Below, piece by piece: positions 16,480 through 26,176 of a stretch of DNA of 32,000 nucleotides. The notes under the pieces are model-generated. The model did not search any database. It worked only from the letters and a program-made list of their open reading frames with translations, and was not told where the DNA came from. Location: contig JALDRA010000001.1 in the NCBI GenBank assembly GCA_031316235.1, forward strand, positions 1,740,001 to 1,772,000, in the 5' to 3' direction. Both the position numbers and the translations under genes were made by a program. The first letter of the stretch is position 1; the number at the start of each line of letters is the position of its first letter. The DNA is from Candidatus Scalindua sp. (GTDB taxonomy: Bacteria; Planctomycetota; Brocadiia; Brocadiales; Scalinduaceae).

Positions 16480-17157
16480 TCAATTGCAGGGATTTATTAT
16501 ACTTTTTTCAAAGAGTAATAAATAGTGATACGGCATAAATTCATGCCTTTCTACGAATGTAAATCCAGCTTCTTCAGCCTCTTTTAAAACAATTTCTTCG
16601 GGGACTTTCTCCTCTTTCGGAGGTCCAAAAGGCGATGGTTTGCGAGGATCCCAGTCAATAATGACTAATTTACCATGGAGATGCAGGTCATTCTTGACAT
16701 TTTTCAAGAGCAAAAGAGGTTGTTCCAACTCGTGATAGATATTTGCCATAAAAGCATAATCTAAGGTATTTTCGGGAAGTGCCGGGTCATCGATTTCACC
16801 CAGAACAACTCGAATGTTCTCTATCTGCATCTGATCTACCTTTTGGGCAATGTAATCAACCATCCCCTTCTGGATATCTTCCGCATAAACCAGGCCTCTG
16901 GCCCCTACTTTCTCCGCCAGGGGGATAGTAAAAAAACCGGAACCCGCCCCTATATCAGCCACTACGTCACCGGATTGAATACCCACTCTCTTCATGATCT
17001 CTTCAATATCCTGCCATTCCCTCTGCTCCTCCAGTACGGGTATTTTTGCCGGAGGAAAGAGCCGGCCAGGCCGTCTGGTGTCAGCCGATAGAGATAAGCA
17101 GCAGGATAGCCATAGTGACATGGCAATAAAGAGATATTTTACCATAGTTACCTGCAT
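16480..17157 (-). CDS. class I SAM-dependent methyltransferase with an N-terminal signal peptide or membrane anchor
   Basis: It has SAM motif I VVADIGAGSGFF and a post-I acidic residue in LVYAEDI. The N-terminus MQVTMVKYLFIAMSLWLSCCLSLSA is hydrophobic and signal-like. The SD GGAAAGGGGA lies upstream of ATG 17157. Confidence 0.85.
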   Translation of the reverse strand: MQVTMVKYLFIAMSLWLSCCLSLSADTRRPGRLFPPAKIPVLEEQREWQDIEEIMKRVGIQSGDVVADIGAGSGFFTIPLAEKVGARGLVYAEDIQKGMVDYIAQKVDQMQIENIRVVLGEIDDPALPENTLDYAFMANIYHELEQPLLLLKNVKNDLHLHGKLVIIDWDPRKPSPFGPPKEEKVPEEIVLKEAEEAGFTFVERHEFMPYHYLLLFEKSIINPCN

Positions 17158-17197
17158 CTGTTATTTCCCCTTTCCCTGTTTACTGAACAGCTATCAT

Positions 17198-17218
17198 TCA
17201 TCTATTAAAAATAGATGA
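17198..17218. repeat. perfect palindrome TCATCTATT-aaa-AATAGATGA (operator-like)
   Basis: Read directly from the sequence: 9-bp arms with a 3-nt spacer. It lies 41 nt upstream of the methyltransferase ATG (17157) in the divergent control region. Confidence 0.5.
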
Positions 17219-17516
17219 TCTTCTGAGAAATACAAGAAAAAAAACCTTTTCCAGGATCGCCGTTAACCGAATCCAATACGAAAACTGATCTGGTTTTGAT
17301 TTTTCTGAACACCAGAGCCTGGTTGCTGGTATCCCCGGACAAAAGGCACCGAGGACTTTCCTCGCTCTGTTTTTTCTCAGATTTTATCCGAAAACCATTA
17401 CAAGGCGAGTATATCTTCTTACTTCGAGGCAGTGCATCCTGCCTGACAATGAAGTTAAGTGCGGGTATGCTCCCGCATGAGAAAAATTCCAATTTATTTA
17501 CCGGTAAAAACAGCGT

Positions 17517-17670
17517 TGTCCGGTTAGGTTTTTGCGTAGGCGGCTTTTGTCATACTCGAACGTCTTTATCGGGTATCCAGAGACTCGTTTCATCATAGAT
17601 TCCCGCTAAAAACATGCGAGAATGACAGTTTTGGGGCAATAAATTAAATACGCAAAAACCTAACCGGACA
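17517..17670. repeat. 154-nt long imperfect palindrome (long hairpin; MITE-like element or structured RNA)
   Basis: The outer arms are TGTCCGGTTAGGTTTTTGCGTA (17517-17538) and TACGCAAAAACCTAACCGGACA (17649-17670), perfect reverse complements (22/22). Inside, 17548-17579 pairs in register with 17596-17627. For example, TGTCATACTCG pairs with CGAGAATGACA at 10/11, and CGGGTATC pairs with GATTCCCG at 7/8. The stems are joined by an asymmetric internal loop (9 versus 21 nt). Confidence 0.85.
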
Positions 17671-17726
17671 CTACTGCGGCAAAATGGAAATCCCTCTATC
17701 ATCAAACTGCCACATAAAACATACTC

Positions 17727-17754
17727 TTGTAATTAAAACCTCTCAAGGTATAAT
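17727..17754 (+). promoter_or_regulatory. candidate sigma70-type promoter (TTGTAA-16 nt-TATAAT)
   Basis: The -35 element is TTGTAA (17727-17732), the spacer is 16 nt, and the -10 element is a consensus TATAAT (17749-17754). It points toward the small ORF at 17914. Confidence 0.35.
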
Positions 17755-17913
17755 CCCTTTTATACCGACGGTAAAATGGTTTCTGGAATTTCAGGGTATG
17801 AGGCTGCGATTTCAAACAATGTATACTGTGGTGGAAAAACTGACATAGTAAAACTATGAAAAAGAGAAGATTCAGGCAACTCATAACAGTCCGGAAAGGC
17901 AGAAAAATCAGAT

Positions 17914-18126
17914 ATGAGCGACAGTGAATTCAAAGGCGAAAAACCCAAAGGAACGATTTCAGAGCCGCAGGAAGAGAAGAGAACGGGTGAGGGGGAGAAA
18001 GCGACAACGGGTCTGTCCGACTATCAGCTATGGAGCACATTTATCTGGAAACTCATGCGTGCATTAGCTGCTACCCTTCTGGGCGGAACTCTGGTTTATT
18101 TTATATGCAGGTTGTTAATAAGCTAA
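17914..18126 (+). CDS. possible small tail-anchored membrane protein (70 aa)
   Basis: A charged, low-complexity N-terminal half (EKPKGTISEPQEEKRTGEGEK) is followed by one C-terminal hydrophobic helix (LMRALAATLLGGTLVYFICRLLI). The SD is weak and I recognise no homology. Confidence 0.4.
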   Translation: MSDSEFKGEKPKGTISEPQEEKRTGEGEKATTGLSDYQLWSTFIWKLMRALAATLLGGTLVYFICRLLIS

Positions 18127-18172
18127 ATAGCGGAACCAGCATCTTCCGATGCAAATCGATTCAGCGTGTTTT

Positions 18173-19012
18173 CTAGGTTTTCTTTTCTTCCCACTGGCCA
18201 GTAAAAACAAATTCGGCAGGTCCTGTCATATACGTTTTATTGTCTTCCGTCCATTCAGTCAGCAGATCACCACCCAGCAAACAAACAGTTATTGATCTTT
18301 CGGTTTTTTTATTAAGTACACTGGCAACGCAGGATGCTATTGCACCGGTGCCGCATGCCAGAGTTTCCCCGGAGCCCCTTTCCCAGGTTCTCATTTTTAT
18401 TTTATTCGAAGAAATAATCTGTACAAAATGTGCATTTATTCTTTGAGGGAACACATCGTGATTCTCAATGGCTTTTCCAATACTTTCAAGCGCTAAAGAA
18501 TCAACATCATCCCAGAACGATATACAGTGCGGGTTCCCCATAGAGACACAGGTGATGTTTATGGAAGAGTTGTCAAGGTGGAGCGGTTCGTTTATGACAA
18601 TCTCATTTTTCCCTACCATGGGTATCTCATTTCTCAGCAACAATGGGGTACCCATCTCTACTTTTACCCGGGAAACAGTATCATCTGTGAGGGTCAGCAT
18701 TGCAGTCTTTATACCTGCTAATGTCTCAATGGTAATCTTTTCACATTTTTTCAGATCACAGGCATAAGAATATTTTGCTACACACCTGATGCCATTACCA
18801 CACATTTGTGCCTCACTCCCGTCTGCATTAAATATGCGCATTTTAACATCGGCAACCTCAGACGGCATAATTAAGATTAAGCCATCACTGCCAACACCAT
18901 AATGCCTGTCACTTATTGCTACTGCTAATTTTGATGGATTTTCAACGACTTCATCAAAGCAATTGATGTATACATAATCATTCCCGATTCCTTGCATTTT
19001 TGTAAATTTCAA
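18173..19012 (-). CDS. dapF: diaminopimelate epimerase
   Basis: 279 aa. The N-terminus (M)KFTKMQGIGNDYVYI aligns with E. coli MQFSKMHGLGNDFMVV, which supports the TTG start at 19012. The two catalytic Cys motifs are MCGNGIRC and ACGTGAIAS. Confidence 0.95.
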   Translation of the reverse strand: MKFTKMQGIGNDYVYINCFDEVVENPSKLAVAISDRHYGVGSDGLILIMPSEVADVKMRIFNADGSEAQMCGNGIRCVAKYSYACDLKKCEKITIETLAGIKTAMLTLTDDTVSRVKVEMGTPLLLRNEIPMVGKNEIVINEPLHLDNSSINITCVSMGNPHCISFWDDVDSLALESIGKAIENHDVFPQRINAHFVQIISSNKIKMRTWERGSGETLACGTGAIASCVASVLNKKTERSITVCLLGGDLLTEWTEDNKTYMTGPAEFVFTGQWEEKKT

Positions 19013-19221
19013 TGTATTTACCTCATCAGGTTCATGGTAGAAAATAGTGAGTAGATATTTGATGAAGATTTTACCAAAGTACCTATTTTTGTCAATATAT
19101 CAATAATAAGGGCTCCTCTTATAATTTTTTACTTGAAATGTGTGCCCAACATATTACACTCATACTGCATGATTGAGATATTTAATACCTGTCTTTTCTC
19201 TCCCTTACCCCGGAAAAACAT

Positions 19222-20157
19222 ATGCGAACGCTTGTAACCGGCGGATCAGGCTTTTTAGGATCCCATATTTGTGATTATCTCTTAGATAAGGGGCACCAGG
19301 TGATATGTATGGACAATCTCCTGACTGGAACCACCTCAAATATTAATCATCTCATGGGAAATCCGAATTTCCAGTTTATTAAACATAATGTGAGTGATTA
19401 CATTTACATTGGAGGAGAAATTGATGCTATTTTACATTTTGCGTCACCGGCAAGCCCACTGGATTATTTAAGATTGCCTATTCAAACGTTAAAGGTCGGC
19501 TCACTGGGAACACTGAATGCTTTAGGGGTAGCAAAAAACAAGGATGCCAGGTTTCTCCTGGCATCGACATCAGAAGTTTACGGTGATCCCCTCGCCCATC
19601 CACAAAGCGAAGATTACTGGGGAAACGTGAATCCCGTAGGACCGAGAGGTGTTTACGATGAAGCAAAAAGATTTGCTGAGGCAATGGTTATGGCTTACCA
19701 CACACATCACGGACTTGACACAAAGATTGCGAGAATTTTCAATACCTATGGGCCAAGGATGCGGATAAAGGATGGAAGAGCATTGCCTGCATTTATTTCA
19801 CAGGCAATTGTTGGTGACGATTTAACCGTTTTTGGTGACGGTTCCCAGACGAGGAGTTTTTGCTACGTTTCTGATCTGGTTGATGGCATCTGTAAGCTGC
19901 TTATGTCGGAATATAATCACCCGGTAAATATTGGAAATCCTGAAGAGTTAACGTTAATGGATATGGCCAGAGAGATCATTGATCTTACACAAAGTAAAAG
20001 TGGAATAGTCTTCAAACCTTTGCCTACCGATGATCCAAAATGCAGACAGCCGGACATAACCAAGGCGAAAGAGTTATTGGATTGGTCACCTAAGACAGGA
20101 CGAACAGAAGGTCTCAAAAAAACCATTGAATACTTTAAAGGTGTATTAGGAAAATAA
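19222..20157 (+). CDS. uxs: UDP-glucuronate decarboxylase (UDP-xylose synthase), extended SDR
   Basis: It has the Rossmann motif [11 protein letters not shown], then [39 protein letters not shown] with the catalytic YxxxK. This is very characteristic of UXS/ArnA-type decarboxylases. Confidence 0.9.
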   Translation: MRTLVTGGSGFLGSHICDYLLDKGHQVICMDNLLTGTTSNINHLMGNPNFQFIKHNVSDYIYIGGEIDAILHFASPASPLDYLRLPIQTLKVGSLGTLNALGVAKNKDARFLLASTSEVYGDPLAHPQSEDYWGNVNPVGPRGVYDEAKRFAEAMVMAYHTHHGLDTKIARIFNTYGPRMRIKDGRALPAFISQAIVGDDLTVFGDGSQTRSFCYVSDLVDGICKLLMSEYNHPVNIGNPEELTLMDMAREIIDLTQSKSGIVFKPLPTDDPKCRQPDITKAKELLDWSPKTGRTEGLKKTIEYFKGVLGK

Positions 20158-20184
20158 ACAAAGCTGTTTCCCATAAATAATTGT

Positions 20185-21402
20185 TTACTCCCTGTCAAGC
20201 TTGAAGGCCTTATGTACTGCAACAAGAGCCCTGTCAGCACACTTCTGGTCTATAACACAAGAAATCTTGATCTCGGAAGTACTTATCATTTGAATGTTTA
20301 TCTCTTCATCGGCTAATGCACGAAACAGATCTTCCGCGATACCACAGTGAGATCTCATGCCGATACCTACGATAGAGAGTTTTGCGATCTTGTCATCGGC
20401 AATGATGCCAGTTGCATTGATTTTATTCTTAATTCTCTCTGTTGTTTCAAGAGCAAACGCCAGATCGTCTCGCAGTACCGTGAACGTCACATCTGCTAAA
20501 CCGTTTGAGCTTATGTTTTGTATGATCACATCGACGTTTATTTTTGCTTCCGCCAGCTCCTGAAAGATCTTTGCGGCGCTGCCAGGTCTGTCTGGTATTC
20601 CCATAATGGTAATTTTTGCTTCATTCTTTGTGACAGTTGCTCCACTGACGACTATGTTTTCCATTTCACTAACCTCTCTGCATATAAGGGTTCCTGAACC
20701 ATCGTTAAAGCTTGGTCTCACACGGAGCGGGACATTATATTTTTTGGCAACTTCTATCGATCTCACATTAAGAACCTGAGCACCTAAACTTGCGAGCTCT
20801 AATATTTCATCATATGATATTTTCGCAAGTTTTCGTGCATCGGGGACAATACGCGGATCAGATGTATACACTCCATCCACATCCGTAAATATATCACACA
20901 TATCCGCTTTGAGAAGAGCCGCAATTGCAACAGCCGTAGTATCGGAACCGCCACGGCCAAGCGTAGTTATATTGTCGTTTTCATCAACTCCTTGATACCC
21001 GGCGATTACGATAATTTTATTACGAGAAAGCTCTGCTGAGATTCGATCTGCGTTTATGTTAACAATTCGTGCCTTTGTATGAGTACTATCTGTGGTAATT
21101 CCTATTTGCCTGCCGGAAAATGATACTGCAGGAAAACCGAGAGAATGAATTGCCATGGCCATCAGTGCACACGACATCTGTTCTCCGGTGGAAAGGAGCA
21201 TATCAAGTTCGCGTGTGGATGGTCTTTTGTCAATTTCATACGCTAACTCCAAGAGGTCATCTGTCATTTTTCCTCGTGCCGAGACGACTACGATAACTTT
21301 GTTGCCATTCGAAAAAGTTTCAGTTACACGTTTCGCTGCAGCTTTAATACGTGCAGCATCGGCGACAGATGTCCCGCCGAATTTTTGAACAATGAGTTGC
21401 AC
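20185..21402 (-). CDS. lysC: aspartate kinase (monofunctional, with C-terminal ACT domains)
   Basis: 405 aa. The GTG start at 21402 has AGGAGA 7 nt upstream. It has the motifs VQKFGGTSV and LGRGGSDTTA, and a C-terminal ACT pair. Confidence 0.95.
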   Translation of the reverse strand: MQLIVQKFGGTSVADAARIKAAAKRVTETFSNGNKVIVVVSARGKMTDDLLELAYEIDKRPSTRELDMLLSTGEQMSCALMAMAIHSLGFPAVSFSGRQIGITTDSTHTKARIVNINADRISAELSRNKIIVIAGYQGVDENDNITTLGRGGSDTTAVAIAALLKADMCDIFTDVDGVYTSDPRIVPDARKLAKISYDEILELASLGAQVLNVRSIEVAKKYNVPLRVRPSFNDGSGTLICREVSEMENIVVSGATVTKNEAKITIMGIPDRPGSAAKIFQELAEAKINVDVIIQNISSNGLADVTFTVLRDDLAFALETTERIKNKINATGIIADDKIAKLSIVGIGMRSHCGIAEDLFRALADEEINIQMISTSEIKISCVIDQKCADRALVAVHKAFKLDRE

Positions 21403-21476
21403 TGTTTCTCCTGTATAATTGTTGAATAGGTAACATTAATTGGTTTTTCACAAATAAACATATATGGCACTGTTTT

Positions 21477-22061
21477 TTATTCCAGGTTCGCGTGTCTGTT
21501 CATCATTTCGGCCTCTTCCCTGTCCAGCAAGCGAACAAGTGTCAAAATAACAGCATCGAGGTAAACGAGACAGGCCTGTTCAAACAACGTGCTGCGAAAC
21601 TGTACAGAATATTTGGATTGAAAAACATGACCTATCTCTCTTGCTGGTGCCGGTATTTCAATTGTTAAGGTTGATTTGCGTGATAGTTCCGAATCAGGAT
21701 GAGCGGTGATGACGACAATGAATGCATCCAGATCTCTTGCCAGACTCGCTATATGACAAGTTATCGAAGTTTTACCAGAACTGCTGCAGGCAATAAGTAA
21801 GTCTCCATTGTCAATGTTTGGTGTGGTTGTTTCACCAACAACAAAACACTTAAATCCGATATGGGTTAACCGCATGGCAAATGTCCTGGCAACAAGCCCG
21901 GAACGGCCTTGCCCCGTAACAAATATATTGTTTGAATCCTTAATGGCATCTAAAAAACGTGTAAATTCATCTTCCTTAACATTAAATAATACGTCTTTTA
22001 TTTCTTGTATTATTGTAGAAGTTGTTGTCTTGATGCTTAAATTGCTGTTTCTCTGATTCAT
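21477..22061 (-). CDS. hxlB: SIS-domain protein, 6-phospho-3-hexuloisomerase (PHI/HxlB) family
   Basis: IFVTGQGRSGLVARTFAMRLTHIGFKCFVVGETTTPNIDNGDLLIACSSSGKT closely parallels B. subtilis HxlB as I remember it (IFVTGAGRSGLMAKSFAMRLMHMGF..). The length of 194 aa fits PHI. Confidence 0.82.
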   Translation of the reverse strand: MNQRNSNLSIKTTTSTIIQEIKDVLFNVKEDEFTRFLDAIKDSNNIFVTGQGRSGLVARTFAMRLTHIGFKCFVVGETTTPNIDNGDLLIACSSSGKTSITCHIASLARDLDAFIVVITAHPDSELSRKSTLTIEIPAPAREIGHVFQSKYSVQFRSTLFEQACLVYLDAVILTLVRLLDREEAEMMNRHANLE

Positions 22062-22279
22062 TTTTCTTTATTGTGCGGATTAGTACTCTATCAAAAGGAA
22101 ATTTTATCAATTATCAATCATAGTTTCAAGCGATATATACGTCAAGCCATTTGCCCATGATAACGTAATCATTTTTCCTACCCAATGATAATATTTTTTT
22201 TATTGATTAAGGTAGTATTTGTTGTTAAGATCTTCTGTCTTAGCTTTTTCACATTTCAAATTATTCATTATATATAAAG

Positions 22280-22522
22280 ATGATGGCAGGCAATTCCTTT
22301 ATTGGTCAAATTATAACGCTTTATGAAATTGTACTTATTGTAAGAATCATTTTATCCTGGGTTCCGCATAATGCCTATCATCCGGCAGCGGTATTTCTCT
22401 ACAAAATAACAGATCCCGTTTTAACCCCTGTCAGACGTATAATACCGTCAATCGGCGGAATTGATGTTTCCCCTATTGTTGTCTTTATCGGGCTAGGATT
22501 TATCAAAAGGGCCGTTAGTTAA
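22280..22522 (+). CDS. yggT: YggT family membrane protein
   Basis: 80 aa with two hydrophobic segments. The YggT pattern is present (IVRIILSWVP ... DPVLTPVRRIIPSIGGIDVSPIV). Confidence 0.85.
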   Translation: MMAGNSFIGQIITLYEIVLIVRIILSWVPHNAYHPAAVFLYKITDPVLTPVRRIIPSIGGIDVSPIVVFIGLGFIKRAVS

Positions 22523-22720
22523 GAAGCACAAAATAATAGGTATAGGTCCTCCCTTTGTGTCACATTTCTTAATTGCATACCAAATTTTCAAAACTATCTG
22601 AATTTTTATGGAATTAGCCGTGCTGCCATGGAAACGTCGAATCGGATGTTTACTGTTTATTGGCTATCAAAATTTTTCGGATAGAAGTCGAGAAAATTTG
22701 GTGCCAATCAAATATCTGAT

Positions 22721-22980
22721 ATGGTGATAGACAGAGCAATTATAATAGTCCTTGATAGTGTTGGGGTTGGAGAGTTACCTGTGATCCAACAACACAGGGT
22801 AGGGATCATTCCAGAGAACATGTACCGCTTTTGATGTATGGAAAAATGTTTAGAAAACCAACATCGCCTGGCATCCGTCAATCATTTGCAGATGTGGGTG
22901 CAACGGTAGCGGAAGTGTTGCAGTTAAAAGACTTTACCACCAGAAAGAGCTGTCTGCCAGAAATGATTGCCACGTCGTAA
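22721..22980 (+). pseudogene. deoB: phosphopentomutase (deoB) remnant: N-terminal ~20 codons fused out of frame to the C-terminal ~66 codons
   Basis: Frame 2 from ATG 22721 reads [20 protein letters not shown], the DeoB N-terminus (..VLDS.GIG..P). Frame 1 from 22780 reads [52 protein letters not shown] up to TAA 22978-22980. This matches the E. coli DeoB C-terminus [22 protein letters not shown]....RETFADIGQT. Roughly 300 central codons are missing, and the junction is near 22778-22782. Confidence 0.78.
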
Positions 22981-23038
22981 AAGGGCTGATGCGCATTCAA
23001 GAACTGTATATTCGAATAGACTGAACGGAGTATGTTGT

Positions 23039-25391
<2,353 letters not shown>

Positions 25392-25668
25392 GTGAACACT
25401 TATCCGATTCATCACCTGCTGTGAAAATGAGATGAGTATAAAGCCCACCAAAAAGAACTCAAATCCAAGTTTTCAGGGGATAGGCATTTTCACACCTTCT
25501 TACTTCAGTATCCTTTCCAGCAACAATTTTGTCACAAAATGTAACACTCCAAAATCACAGCAATTATAAATACCTTTGTATTGCAGATACTTAGCAGTCA
25601 GATTTCTCCTGTTAAATAGCGGCATTATCTTTGCTGACTAAAAAAAATGCGGTAATAATAAAAAGCGA

Positions 25669-25695
25669 GAAAAATTTTTCGGTGTTCTCTGCGGT
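25669..25695. repeat. left arm of the inverted repeat bracketing the ComEA-like gene
   Basis: GAAAAATTTTTCGGTGTTCTCTGCGGT. The core GTGTTCTCTGCGGT (25682-25695) is the exact reverse complement of 26079-26092. The flank GAAAAATT also matches after a 3-nt indel. Confidence 0.65.
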
Positions 25696-25734
25696 AAATT
25701 TTTTATCTAGTATTTCAGAAAAAGGAGAAAAGAA

Positions 25735-26019
25735 ATGAAAACTGTTGAAAAAATCTTTTACGCTCTTATCTTCGTAGCCTTACTATCTTTTGCTGGTTCA
25801 TCTGTTGACGCGAAAGAAAATGAACAGATAAATATTAATAAAGCTACTGTCAAGGAACTCCTGTCACTCAAGGGAATAGGATCAAAAAAGGCCAATGACA
25901 TCATTGTATATCGAGATGAGCACGGTCCATATACAGAAATTGAGGAAATAATGAAAATAAAAGGAATCGGAGACAAAATGTTCGAGAAGATTAAAGACCA
26001 GATCACGGTCAGGGAATAG
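25735..26019 (+). CDS. comEA: ComEA-like secreted helix-hairpin-helix DNA-binding protein
   Basis: 94 aa, with the SD AAAGGAGAAAAG upstream. The signal peptide is MKTVEKIFYALIFVALLSFAGSSVDA. A tandem HhH follows (INKATVKELLSLKGIGSKKANDIIVYR....IMKIKGIGDKMFEKIKD). Confidence 0.85.
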   Translation: MKTVEKIFYALIFVALLSFAGSSVDAKENEQININKATVKELLSLKGIGSKKANDIIVYRDEHGPYTEIEEIMKIKGIGDKMFEKIKDQITVRE

Positions 26020-26040
26020 ATGAACTCATTTACTTTACCG

Positions 26041-26071
26041 CAGGTTTTCTTTCAGAAAAACCCTTATTTTT
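26041..26071 (+). terminator. candidate Rho-independent terminator after the ComEA-like gene
   Basis: GGTTTTCT (26043-26050), loop ttc, then AGAAAAACC (one bulged A), followed by TTATTTTT (26064-26071). Confidence 0.55.
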
Positions 26072-26078
26072 AAGAGTA

Positions 26079-26102
26079 ACCGCAGAGAACACAGAATTTT
26101 TC
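26079..26102. repeat. right arm of the inverted repeat bracketing the ComEA-like gene
   Basis: ACCGCAGAGAACACAGAATTTTTC. Its reverse complement, GAAAAATTCTGTGTTCTCTGCGGT, matches the left arm (14/14 core plus an 8-nt flank). Confidence 0.65.
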
Positions 26103-26176
26103 AAAAGAAAAAAAGCCTTATCAAATTTCATTTAAAATCAAAAATTTCAGGAAATCTTTGCCCGTCCCCTCAGAGT

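Noticed and set aside
22580-22701. 10-bp inverted repeat CCAAATTTTC / GAAAATTTGG between yggT and the deoB remnant
   Set aside because: It is short and AT-rich, the arms extend only weakly, and it is within chance expectation.
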